This document shows positions 37,563 through 47,998 of a stretch of 64,000 nt of DNA, piece by piece (positions within the stretch are counted from its first letter, which is position 1; each line of letters begins with the position of its first letter). A program made the position numbers and the translations under genes. Under the pieces are notes generated by a model. The model did not search any database. It worked only from the letters and a program-made list of their open reading frames with translations, and was not told the origin of the DNA. The DNA is taken from sequence record NC_019526.1. One strand, given 5' to 3'.

Positions 37563-38291
37563 ATGATAGATAATTTAGCATTTGCATCCGAAATGGCTAA
37601 TCAGTTGAACATGAGCAATTTTCAGAGTCTTACGCCAGTGATGGCGGAATATGCTGTTGCTCATGCCACCTGTGGTGAACAAGTTGGATCAGCAAATTTA
37701 TTGGCTGATGTATTCAGTACTGTACAAAGTACCCAATACAGTGTTAAAATGTATAGGGATAAGTTTGTACAGTTGTATATGCTTGATGTAATAAAAGAAG
37801 AACCAGAATGGACTGATTTTATTATTGAGCGTAGGATTAGTGGTGTTTCTAATCCAGATAAAGACGCAGTACAAGTATTTGATGAAATACTTCAAGATGT
37901 ATATAGTAATGAACAAAAAAGTCTAAATCAATACAATGTACGTTCTACCAAGACAGTGCTCGTGGGATTTGATGAAGATGAAGAATATTACTATTTTCGT
38001 TGTACTGAAGTAGATTTTAAATACGAAACTCCCAGTACAGTGAAAGTTAAAGAATTTACTGAAAAGAGTAAAAACTTCAAAAAACATTCTTCTAATATTA
38101 GTAATATAGTTGGTTATAATAAAGATGGTATTGATATATATCAATGGGTACATCCAAATAATTCAACTTATACCAGATGTTTAAAGAAACGTTATAATTT
38201 AAAACAAGAAGAATCATTTTATTTTAAGATAAAGAAACATTCTTATCAACGACCTGATGAATCAGTGTTACTTGGTATGATTTACTTCTGA
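37563..38291 (+). CDS. hypothetical protein
   Basis: AGGAG SD; TGTGATATAAT extended -10 at about 37508-37518. Confidence 0.8.
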   Translation: MIDNLAFASEMANQLNMSNFQSLTPVMAEYAVAHATCGEQVGSANLLADVFSTVQSTQYSVKMYRDKFVQLYMLDVIKEEPEWTDFIIERRISGVSNPDKDAVQVFDEILQDVYSNEQKSLNQYNVRSTKTVLVGFDEDEEYYYFRCTEVDFKYETPSTVKVKEFTEKSKNFKKHSSNISNIVGYNKDGIDIYQWVHPNNSTYTRCLKKRYNLKQEESFYFKIKKHSYQRPDESVLLGMIYF

Positions 38292-38297
38292 TTAGCA

Positions 38298-38331
38298 GTC
38301 CAGTACAATATAAGTACTGGACATTTTTTTT
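38298..38331 (+). terminator. intrinsic terminator
   Basis: GTCCAGTAC-aatataa-GTACTGGAC + T8. Confidence 0.85.
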
Positions 38332-38342
38332 AAGGTAAAAAA

Positions 38343-39508
38343 TTGAATATATTACAAAAAGTCAATTTATTTGGAAAAGCGTATGTAAATGCTTTTTATG
38401 ATATTGATAAACGTTATGAATATGCTAATTTTTTAAATAGAGAAATTGAATTTAGTAGAATGAATAGGTTATTGTCTGGTAAACGAGTAACTATTATTTT
38501 TAATGGTTATCAGGGATATATTAATCAAATTCGCCATCTAGATAAGAAAATTTTTGCATTCGTTTATACTAATAATGGAAATTTATTGGTTAATGTATCT
38601 TTTTTGGAATTGATTGAATGAAATTAATAGACCAAGTTATTCTTTATAAGAAAGTATTTGATTATATGGAAGATTTTCTTGATGGTACACATTATGAATG
38701 TTGCATTTATGTTACATGGAAAAAGAATGTAATGGAAATAGAAAAAGCTACTATTTCTAAAATAGTTCGAGTAAAAAGCCTTGATATTATCGGTACTATC
38801 ATTGAACTTAATATAGGAAGATATTTTGCATTTTTTGGTGTAAAAGTACCTGAAAATGATTTTGCTCTTATAATTTCATTAGATGATATTGAGTTTCTTT
38901 GATTTTTATCTATTTGGTAATACAGAATATTATGGATAAATTACACAAAGCATTATTATTTTTAAAAGCATATAGCTATGAGTACTTACAAAGTCATGGA
39001 AGATGGAATGGTAGTTATAAGGATTTGTATTCATCTGTTTTTCTCAATGAAGTAAATCTTGTGATATCAGAGGTACAAAAATTATATAAAAGAAAACTTG
39101 TGCATACGAGATTTGGTATTGGAATTATTATTGATATATTTTGCTTCACATACGGTACCCTTTTTGCTACAATCGAAACAATAATAGAGAGCAAACCACA
39201 AACAATAGTATTAAAATTAAGTGAGATATACCTAGATGAATGAACATTTTAATAGAATACAATTAATCACCCAACTTCTACAAATGGTTGATGACACATT
39301 TGATGAATTAAAAAATAATCTTATGAATAAGAAAATCAAATGTAAGGTATATATGAATGATGGTGATTATTTCGATATGCGTGAAGTTGAAGTAACTGGA
39401 ATTGTTACTAATATTACTTTATATGAATATGATCTAACTATTACAGTGAAAATCGACGAAGGTCGTGAATATTACGTTTGTAATCAACATATTGAGGTGG
39501 TTGAATGA
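38343..39508 (+). CDS. four family C-like ORFs (38343..38621, 38618..38902, 38932..39243, 39236..39508)
   Basis: N-terminal helix followed by GK/RK-V and a beta-rich C-terminus; coupled starts and stops. Confidence 0.65.
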
Positions 39509-40650
39509 GTGTAGTAGAAATTTATAATGATTTAATGAATTTAGTACAAAATAATGAAGCATTTGAATATAAAGATCAGCGTTCAATTGGTGGTGGTTTG
39601 TATAGAATCTTTTCTTATCGAATGGCCTCATATACTGATTTCTGCGAACCAAATGCTAAAGAAACACGTGGTTCAATGTGGGAAATTAGTGAAGATGGTA
39701 AAATGATTCGTTGTGCAGCACGTACTATGAATAAGTTTTTTAATGCATATGAAAACCCATTCACGATGTTTGATAAAAATATGCTTAGTACTGAAATTGA
39801 AGTGGCGATGGATAAACGCGACGGTTCTATTATCAGTACTTTCAGAGATAATGACGGAATTATTCGTTGTAAATCTCACACTTCTCTATCTTCAGAACAC
39901 GCAATTAATAGTAATGCTATCATGCTTCCTGGTTCTAGTTTATATCAATACGTAGAAGAAGCTGAACTTCAACAATATACCGTGAACCTCGAATATACTT
40001 CACCTGAATATCGTATTGTATTGCCATATCAGAGCGAGAAACTGACTATATTGAACGTTCGCCATCGAATCACTGGTGAACTACTGTGTGGTGAAAAACT
40101 GCGTCAGAAGTTTCCTATGCTCGCTATGCGTAGCACTAATATGATAAATGGTCAGAACATTGCAAGTAATTTTCCAATGCGTACTACAGTACTTGAAACT
40201 GTGGAAGCAGTAAAAGGAATGCGAGACATTGAAGGATTTGTAGCAGTACTGAAAGATGGCACAATGTTTAAAATTAAAACAGATTGGTACTGTGCTTTGC
40301 ATTTCAATAAGGATAGTATTAATGTTGATTCTAGACTTTACGAATCAGTGCTACAAGGTGCAAGTGATGATTTAAGGCAAATGTTCTCTAATGATCAGTA
40401 TTGTCTTGATAAGATTAAAAGGATGGAAGATTTAGTATTCAGTACTTATAATTCTTTTGAAAAATTTGTTAATGATTTTTACAATGAATTTAAACATTTA
40501 GAACGCAAAGAATATGCACTAAAAGTACAGAAACTTCTACCAAAAGAATTAAATCATCAGGGTTATGCTTTCTCTTTGTATAACAATAAACCGTTTGATT
40601 TAAAGGAAAACATGATCAAATACAGCAAAGAAGTATTAAAAGATTTCTAA
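39505..40650 (+). CDS. rnlA: RNA ligase 1 (T4 RnlA-like)
   Basis: E.RG, KFFN, KRDGS (motif I), EYTSP.YRIVL.Y, EGFV, FKIKTDWY. Confidence 0.95.
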   Translation: MSVVEIYNDLMNLVQNNEAFEYKDQRSIGGGLYRIFSYRMASYTDFCEPNAKETRGSMWEISEDGKMIRCAARTMNKFFNAYENPFTMFDKNMLSTEIEVAMDKRDGSIISTFRDNDGIIRCKSHTSLSSEHAINSNAIMLPGSSLYQYVEEAELQQYTVNLEYTSPEYRIVLPYQSEKLTILNVRHRITGELLCGEKLRQKFPMLAMRSTNMINGQNIASNFPMRTTVLETVEAVKGMRDIEGFVAVLKDGTMFKIKTDWYCALHFNKDSINVDSRLYESVLQGASDDLRQMFSNDQYCLDKIKRMEDLVFSTYNSFEKFVNDFYNEFKHLERKEYALKVQKLLPKELNHQGYAFSLYNNKPFDLKENMIKYSKEVLKDF

Positions 40651-40662
40651 TAAGGACACCAA

Positions 40663-40836
40663 ATGAAGAAAAGGAATTCGTGGAGTACTCCTGAAGAATA
40701 TAGGAAGATTCAGTGTTATTTTGATACAATACACAAAGAAAAATCCAGTTCAGGAGTACGAAAAAACAGAAATAAAATTAATACTAAAAAGAAAGAACGT
40801 ATATATTCTTTAGAACGCCATACAAGAGAAGCTTAA
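40663..40836 (+). CDS. small basic protein (57 aa, not in the ORF track)
   Basis: AAGGA SD; MKKRNSWSTPEEY... Confidence 0.6.
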   Translation: MKKRNSWSTPEEYRKIQCYFDTIHKEKSSSGVRKNRNKINTKKKERIYSLERHTREA

Positions 40837-40849
40837 ACGGGAGATTATT

Positions 40850-41826
40850 ATGAAAGTACAAATTCAGCACAGTATTGTTCAAGACATGTCAGTGGTTAGA
40901 TTTAACAATCTTCATGATTTTTTTAGATGTATTGACTTTCTCGATAATTCATGTTTAGAATATGATATGATAAAATACAGTTCAGTTCTTGATACTGCCA
41001 GTATCAGAGTGAATGAATTGGTACTACATAAATTTAGCAAACGTTTCGGGATTGGGAAATGATTATGTATGAAAAATTTATATCAACTAAAGAAATGCTT
41101 CATAGGTTGATTGACGACACTGACAAAGAAATTATAAGGTATTACACTGGAAAAAAAGTACAAATTTCTTCTGAACTCCTTGAGGAACTCGAATTGGAAT
41201 CAGAGGATGATATTGTATGGACTATATATGCAGTCACTGTATTCGATGATTGCCTATTTTTTGATGTAGAGCACGGTGATGATGACTTACAAGATTTAGA
41301 AATAGATGATCTTATATTTCTTTGAGAATAAAAATGAATACAGAACAAGCTATTAGTACTATTGAAAATTTAAATAACACTTTAGTAATTCTTGAAAAAA
41401 TTAAGTTAGATGTTGAATATCAAGTACAAAATTTATTTTTGAATAAGAAAGCATTATTTAAGGATGGCACAGAAGGATATATTGTCGAGTTGTTTTCTGA
41501 AAATGTAAACCTACCTTATGATTTTCAATTTCTTGTTCGTTCAGAAGGTGGATACTTAGATTATATATATGAGGCAAAAGATTTTGTGCAATTCATCTAA
41601 AATAATTAAGCAGTACGAACAATACGTAACTATGCTTGAAACCATGAATGCGGAATTAGAAGTTTCTGCATTTAATTCTGTACATAGATACTTTATAAAT
41701 CGTCCAGTACTTTATAAAAATAATGAATATAGAATTCAAAATGTATTCAGAGATGAAGAAAGTACTATTATTTTTCTACTGTATAATAATATATATGTGG
41801 ATTATACTGAAGTAACGTTTATTTAA
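40850..41826 (+). CDS. four small hypothetical ORFs (40850..41062, 41059..41325, 41322..41600, 41569..41826); the last three are family C-like
   Basis: Coupled ORFs; YYTGKKVQI, FLNKKALF, FINRPVLY. Confidence 0.65.
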
Positions 41827-41837
41827 AGGACATAATA

Positions 41838-42782
41838 ATGCCAACAATCACATTAACAGTTGGACTTCCCGGATGTGGCAAGACTACATGGGCTGTTGAA
41901 GAAGTTCGAAGATCTAAAAGTAAAACAGTAAACATCAACCGCGATGATTTACGTGAAAGTATGGCTGGTTCTCATAAGAATTATAAGTTCAAAGATGAAA
42001 ATGAGAAGTATATCGACGCAATGCAAATTGCAGCGGCAGATACAGCAGCAAACAACAAATGGAATATTATTATTTCAGATACAAACCTGAAGTTGTCTAT
42101 CCGAAAGAAATGGAAAGATTGGGCCAAAGCGAATGATTATGATTATAAAGAAAAGAATTTCTTTAATGATTTTGTAGCAAAGGATACTTCGGGTGCTGAT
42201 GTTCATCAGTACTTTAAAATTAAAGAATTTGTAAAACAATGCAAAGACTATAATTTACTTCGCTACAAATCAGTACCGGAATCGGTAATTGATACAATGG
42301 CTGATTCTTATTTGTATAGTACTATGCCAGTTCCTTCTATTCAGAAAGATTCGATGTATGATTTTAATACTGAATATATCATTGTTGATATTGATGGTAC
42401 TTTAGCACATAGGGGAAATCGCAACCCATATGATGAAAGTACTGTACTGGAAGATACACCAGATCTTGAAGTTATTCGTTCAGTACTGGCTGAAGTGAAC
42501 CATCATAAACGAAAGGTTATTATCATGAGTGGTCGTCATGAAACTTGTGCAAAAGACACTCGTTTGTGGCTCCATGAAAATGGAGTTCCATTTGAATATC
42601 TTTTCATGCGTTCAGAAAATGACAATCGCCCTGATGATGTGGTAAAATATGAATTGTACATGAATCATGTTGCACCATATTATAATGTTGTTAAAGTTTA
42701 TGATGACCGCCAACAAGTGTGCACGATGTGGCGTAAATTATTGAAATTGAAAGTTTTTCAAGTTGATTTTGGTAATTTTTGA
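41838..42782 (+). CDS. pseT: polynucleotide 5'-kinase/3'-phosphatase
   Basis: GLPGCGKTT P-loop, INRDDLR, HAD motif DIDGT, YDDR. Confidence 0.95.
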   Translation: MPTITLTVGLPGCGKTTWAVEEVRRSKSKTVNINRDDLRESMAGSHKNYKFKDENEKYIDAMQIAAADTAANNKWNIIISDTNLKLSIRKKWKDWAKANDYDYKEKNFFNDFVAKDTSGADVHQYFKIKEFVKQCKDYNLLRYKSVPESVIDTMADSYLYSTMPVPSIQKDSMYDFNTEYIIVDIDGTLAHRGNRNPYDESTVLEDTPDLEVIRSVLAEVNHHKRKVIIMSGRHETCAKDTRLWLHENGVPFEYLFMRSENDNRPDDVVKYELYMNHVAPYYNVVKVYDDRQQVCTMWRKLLKLKVFQVDFGNF

Positions 42783-42790
42783 TAATTATT

Positions 42791-42831
42791 GAAGGGGAAC
42801 ACTTGACCCCCTTCTCTTCTTTTGATAAAAT
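42791..42831 (+). promoter_or_regulatory. terminator hairpin with an embedded sigma70 promoter
   Basis: GAAGGGG...CCCCTTC; TTGACC (42803)-17 bp-TAAAAT (42826). Confidence 0.6.
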
Positions 42832-42882
42832 AGAACTACAAATAGAAAAAAATAATCAAGACTCAGTACTTGGGATAAGAAA

Positions 42883-44013
42883 ATGAAACAATTTTATGAG
42901 CACTGGAAAATGTTGTTTAATAGTACAGAGTCGTTTTACTGGAATAGATATTATTCCGGTTGTATCAATGAATTGTATAATCATTTTTTATATGAAGCTA
43001 CTTCATCATTAAAAGGACAAACAGTTCAACACAACGTACTCGGCGAATGTAGAATTACAAGAGTTTATTCTTTTTATGATGATGAATTATTTTGTACAAT
43101 ATATTCGAATTTATACAGAATGGATGTAAAATTGCGAGATTTAATTTAATGAATTTATCAGAATGTGTAAAATTGACTAAATTTTTAGATTCAGTGAATG
43201 ATCGTATGTTTGAGGAATTTTGTGATAATTCTGAATATTTAAATATAGTAATGGGTATTTTTCATAAACATCTAAATTTGTATATTGATGAACTGAATAA
43301 AAAACTAAAAAACAGAGAACTTTTCGTGTATGGTTTAGGTTACTGTGTAATTTATGATGTTTATCGTTCGATACGCGGTGAATTAAAATGTACAGTAACA
43401 TTTGAAAATGATTATCATAATGTCTATATGAAATACTCAAAACTCGTATGAATAAAATAAAGTCACTTGATATTGCTTATACCCTATTTTATATCAAAGA
43501 TCATACAGATGACTCTTTTTATAAAGTTATAGTCGATTATACAGAGAATTTAATACAAGAACTTAATACAATACTTATTGGTAGTGACTGTATTGTTAAA
43601 CCATCTGGTGTTGAATTCAAAGCTACAATTGATTCAATATTGTTTAGTTCTATTTCTGGTTTAGTATATAAAGTGACTGAGAATACCAAATCATTTTATA
43701 GTTATCGTTATGTTAATCCATTAAAAATTGAGTTCTTATGAAATCACTCAAAGAAGATATTAATTTCAAATTATTATCAGTACTGAAAGAACATACTTTT
43801 AGTAACCCACTTTGTCAAGATTTACTTAATTCAATATATTATAATAAAATTACCAAATATGTTGATAATAAATGTTATTTTATTCATGACAAAGAAAAAG
43901 TATGCTCAACCATAAATGGGTTTTATGTATCCAAAAACGGTGATGTTTTATGTTATTTGTATCACAACAAAACATACAATTTTATAGAATTAAAGGATGT
44001 ATATATTGAATAG
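42883..44013 (+). CDS. four family C ORFs (42883..43149, 43149..43451, 43448..43741, 43738..44013)
   Basis: e.g. YIDELNKKLKNREL, LIQELNTILIGSDC; coupled overlaps. Confidence 0.7.
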
Positions 44014-44291
44014 TATTCAGGATGATATAGAAAGGAGAATATACTTCATTATAGTGTGTTATAAAAGGAAATATACTACACAGTACTATAATTTCTGGAA
44101 TGCAAGATTAAATTTGGAAATTAAAAACATATTATACTACCAGAGGATATTGTAATGGATTCTTATTTAGATGAATTGATTATTGATTTACTAGTTTCTT
44201 CAGTACTATCACGTCGCGGCGAACAAAAAGAACGCAAATATAATAAAGAAAAATTTGATGATTATTTGCGTGGTTTTCTGGGAAGATTCAG

Positions 44292-44477
44292 ATGAATCAA
44301 CATCAAGATTACAAATATCATAAGCTGCTTGATGAATTCACAGAAAACATAAAAATGTATGGGGTGCTAAAACAGATAGCAACAAAACATAAAACAGGAG
44401 ACTATTTCAATAAAAGATGTAATTCAATTATAAAGAGATTTGTTACAGAAAGTAATTTTATTATTAAAGGAAAATAA
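44292..44477 (+). CDS. small hypothetical protein
   Basis: One of several ORFs under 65 aa filling 44006-44630. Confidence 0.5.
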   Translation: MNQHQDYKYHKLLDEFTENIKMYGVLKQIATKHKTGDYFNKRCNSIIKRFVTESNFIIKGK

Positions 44478-44681
44478 TTTATGGATATTGATGATACGTA
44501 TTTATATAATCTTGAATTAGTGAGAGTTGGTGTATTATTGGTCACTTATTATACTAACTACAAATGTATTAATTCTGTTATAAATTCTATACTTGATTCA
44601 TGGGTACATTATAGTTCCAGATTACTATAATGATTAATTTAAATTTAAGTTACAAAACATATAACTTCGAAAGTATAAAAT

Positions 44682-45259
44682 TTGATGAATAAAATAAATG
44701 ATGTATACCATACTTGGGAAATGCTTTTTGACTTAACTGATGATTTTTATCCAGGTAACTATTCAAATGTTTATTCTGAAGTATATAAAAATTATTTTTC
44801 AGTACTGAATGGTTATATCAAAGGAACTAAAGTTGAACTTATAATATCATATTCAATGAGTCCTTCAAAACTAGGAACCATTAAATCAATAAATGTGACA
44901 CCATTTGGAATAAAATTTAAAATAGAACTGGATCATAATTCAGAAATTTTTTTCAGTGAATATTATGAAATAAAAGAATATTAATATGTGGGGTTATCAT
45001 GAATTTAAAAACTGATATAGAATATTTCAATTTACTTATGTCATTAGTAAATGAACAATTGGAGCACATGAATAATACTTATAAAAACACCAATGTATTA
45101 ATAGATTCACATAAACAGAATTTATATGATGAAGAGGGAAATATTTTATTATTTGATATTTCGGATAAAGACGCTACATTAATGATAAGTGTTCAGTACA
45201 GTAACGGTTGGTTTGGTCATTTAAACTCAGAATATCATGATTTTGTGATCAAAAAATAA
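44682..45259 (+). CDS. two family C ORFs (44682..44984, 44999..45259)
   Basis: SVLNGYIKGTKVEL; EHMNNTYKNTNVL. Confidence 0.7.
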
Positions 45260-45268
45260 CAAAAAATA

Positions 45269-45363
45269 TTGCAATAGCTTCTATTGTGTTGTATAGTCTG
45301 TGTATCAGTCTCACTGATGGATGTAAAATAAAAATTGAATATTTTTCGTATCAATGATATAGT
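45269..45363 (+). promoter_or_regulatory. tandem sigma70-type promoters
   Basis: TTGCAA-17 bp-TATAGT (45269-45297) and TTGAAT-17 bp-TATAGT (45335-45363). Confidence 0.6.
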
Positions 45364-45392
45364 GTTATAAACATATAAAAGAGGAAATAAAA

Positions 45393-46068
45393 ATGATCGC
45401 TATCTGGTTTATTATGGTTATTCTTGTCGGTGTTTGGGCTAATGCATGGGGTCGTAGTGGTATTTTATTCGGTCTGTTGTCACTAATTTTGTCACCACTG
45501 ATTGGTGCAATTGTGCTTCTTTGTGCTGGTAAAAAAGTTGTTGCAACACAACCACAAAATATGCAACCAATTCAGAACATCGTAATTCATACCAACGGTA
45601 CTACTCCATCAGAAGTACAAGTAACAACTGATACTACTGTACTGGAAAAAGAAGACGAATCTGATAAAAAAAAAAGATCAAAGTCTTGAACCCGTAGAAG
45701 CAACCGAAGTATCTGAAGTAGTAAATGAGGTTGTTGAATCTTCTCCAAAAGAAGATAATACGAATCCAGTACCAGTTACTAAACAAAAGAGAGCACAACA
45801 AGCGAAAAAAGCACGTACTGTTAAAAAGAAATCAAGTACTGTTGTTGGTGCAACTAAACAAACAAAAACAACTAAAACTGTTGTTGATGATTCCAGTACT
45901 AAAAATACATCAAACAACAATGATAGTATTGATAGTACTTCAATCGTACCTGGTGTAGCCGGTGCTGTTATTACAACCCAAATCCTAACGGAGAGTAGTT
46001 CAGTGGATAGTAGCTCTTCATACGATTCTGGAAGTTGTGACAGTTCTTCAAGTTCTTCATGTGATTAA
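45393..46068 (+). pseudogene. membrane-anchored low-complexity protein split by a frameshift in an A10 run (error, phase variation or slippage)
   Basis: The TM ORF stops at 45689; removing one A from 45666-45675 joins it to a 130-codon frame ending SSSYDSGSCDSSSSSSCD-TAA at 46068, giving 224 aa. Confidence 0.8.
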
Positions 46069-46073
46069 TAAAC

Positions 46074-46102
46074 AAAAGAAGCCCAAATAAGGGCTTCTTT
46101 TT
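46074..46102 (+). terminator. intrinsic terminator
   Basis: AAAAGAAGCCC-aaataa-GGGCTTCTTTT directly after the restored stop. Confidence 0.9.
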
Positions 46103-46130
46103 ATTTAAGTAAAATATATTAAGGATTAAT

Positions 46131-46877
46131 ATGAGACATTATTTACAAGTAACCGTACCGGATGAAAAGGAATTATATATTGTTGGTGATATCCATGGGA
46201 ATGCAAGACTGTGGGATTTAACTAAAAAAGAATTTGGAATCACTGATAATGATGTAGTATTCAGTCTAGGTGATATTGTGGATCGTGGTAAAAATAATTC
46301 CAAATTACTATTTGAATTTCTTTTTCAAGACAATCGTTATATGATTAACGGTAATCACGAATCCATGCTCGTTGATGGATTGACTAATCGTGAATGGTAT
46401 CATTGTCATATTAGTAATGGTGGAGACAAACTATACGAAGAACTTGGTCATACTGGTGTAGAATTCTTTGCTCAGTACTTAAAAGATTTACCCATGATCA
46501 TAGAAATACGTTATCGTGGTATGAAAATTGGATTAGTACACGGTTGCTGTCCTTTACGTTATACAGACTGGAACGAATTTTTAACTGATAGTTCAACGTT
46601 ATCTCCAAAAATTGTTGAAGAATGCATTTGGTCCAGAAATGATTTTGACTATGCAAAACAAAACAACACTTATCATTCACCAAGAATTTCCAATATTGAT
46701 TATGTCATTTCAGGACATTCCCCTGTATTTGATCCACTAATTTATGGAAACCGATGGTGGATTGATTCACAATTTAGTACTGGAGATTTGAATGTAGTAC
46801 AACCAAACAGTGGAAAACTGAGATATTTTAGAAGAGAAAAGGATGCATATTCTTTTGATCGTAAACGTGGTTATTAA
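46131..46877 (+). CDS. Ser/Thr protein phosphatase (metallophosphoesterase, PphA/NinI-like)
   Basis: GDIHG, GDIVDRG, GNHE, VHG, GHSP. Confidence 0.92.
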   Translation: MRHYLQVTVPDEKELYIVGDIHGNARLWDLTKKEFGITDNDVVFSLGDIVDRGKNNSKLLFEFLFQDNRYMINGNHESMLVDGLTNREWYHCHISNGGDKLYEELGHTGVEFFAQYLKDLPMIIEIRYRGMKIGLVHGCCPLRYTDWNEFLTDSSTLSPKIVEECIWSRNDFDYAKQNNTYHSPRISNIDYVISGHSPVFDPLIYGNRWWIDSQFSTGDLNVVQPNSGKLRYFRREKDAYSFDRKRGY

Positions 46878-46889
46878 TAAGGATAAAAT

Positions 46890-47327
46890 ATGAAACTATA
46901 TCTATTAGTTAACAGTTATTGTACTGGTAAACAAGCATATATTCAGGCAATGCACGCTGGTTTTGATCTACTCATGAAATACCATGATGATTCAACCTAT
47001 GGTACCAAATGTGTTGATATGATCACCGATTGGTACAATAATCATAAAACAGTAGTAGTACTGAATGCTGGTAATTCAGATATGCTTCATTATTATGAGA
47101 CCATTCTTGACGCACAACAAACAGTTCCATACGATGTTTTCTGTGAACCCGGACTGGATGGTACCATGACTGCAATTGCAGTACTCGCCAGTACTGAAAT
47201 GGTGGAAGATATGAAACACATGCGTGATGGTTTATATGATGATGTTCCTGGATTTTTTGGTGTAAAATATGGTTGTGAATTAGAAGAAATCCTAACTGAC
47301 ATGAGTACCATGAGAACTGCGGATTAA
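46890..47327 (+). CDS. peptidyl-tRNA hydrolase 2-like protein
   Basis: GKQAYIQAMHA, W....KTVVVL, F.EPGL....TAIAV. Confidence 0.75.
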   Translation: MKLYLLVNSYCTGKQAYIQAMHAGFDLLMKYHDDSTYGTKCVDMITDWYNNHKTVVVLNAGNSDMLHYYETILDAQQTVPYDVFCEPGLDGTMTAIAVLASTEMVEDMKHMRDGLYDDVPGFFGVKYGCELEEILTDMSTMRTAD

Positions 47328-47998
47328 TGAAAATTTATAATAAAGAAACTAAACTTTATAATAATGTTATAAAATTGTATAATTCTGAAATTAATTACTT
47401 AAAAAGTAAAGTTAAGAAACTCAAAAACAATCCAGTACTTAGAAATGAAATAAAACGAACCAACGAATTATACATCAAAAAGGCAAAAACTGAATTATCA
47501 AAAGAACATTACACCGCTTACAGTAACTGGATGGAAGCATCCTTAAATGTAAACAAAATAAAGCACAATTTGGGAATAAAAAGTTATTTACAACTAATAA
47601 CCGATTTAGAAACACAAAAGGAATTTGTATTAAAAGAAATAGAAAACCAGTTAGGTTCAGTTTTATTTCATTTGTGTGAATTAGATGGTAATTCCTCAAC
47701 GCATTATTCTTTCTTTAGTATGAATGGTGTATATATTTGGATTACCAACATCGCAACATCATATATTTTATATGATAATTTTGATTATTACAGTACTGAA
47801 TTATTTGAGGAACTTATAAAGTACCTTCCCAAGAAAAATTCTGAACTGAAATTCATTTTGCATGGTAAAAATAAGCATATAATTGTAAAAGATGATATTT
47901 TTATTCTTTTTGATGAAGTAAATTTTAACCATTTTAGTACAGGATCACTACAGGAACTATTTGAAGAAATTATAAGGATTAATAATGAGTATACCTAG
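47327..47998 (+). CDS. hypothetical protein
   Basis: 223-aa coupled ORF. Confidence 0.75.
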   Translation: MKIYNKETKLYNNVIKLYNSEINYLKSKVKKLKNNPVLRNEIKRTNELYIKKAKTELSKEHYTAYSNWMEASLNVNKIKHNLGIKSYLQLITDLETQKEFVLKEIENQLGSVLFHLCELDGNSSTHYSFFSMNGVYIWITNIATSYILYDNFDYYSTELFEELIKYLPKKNSELKFILHGKNKHIIVKDDIFILFDEVNFNHFSTGSLQELFEEIIRINNEYT

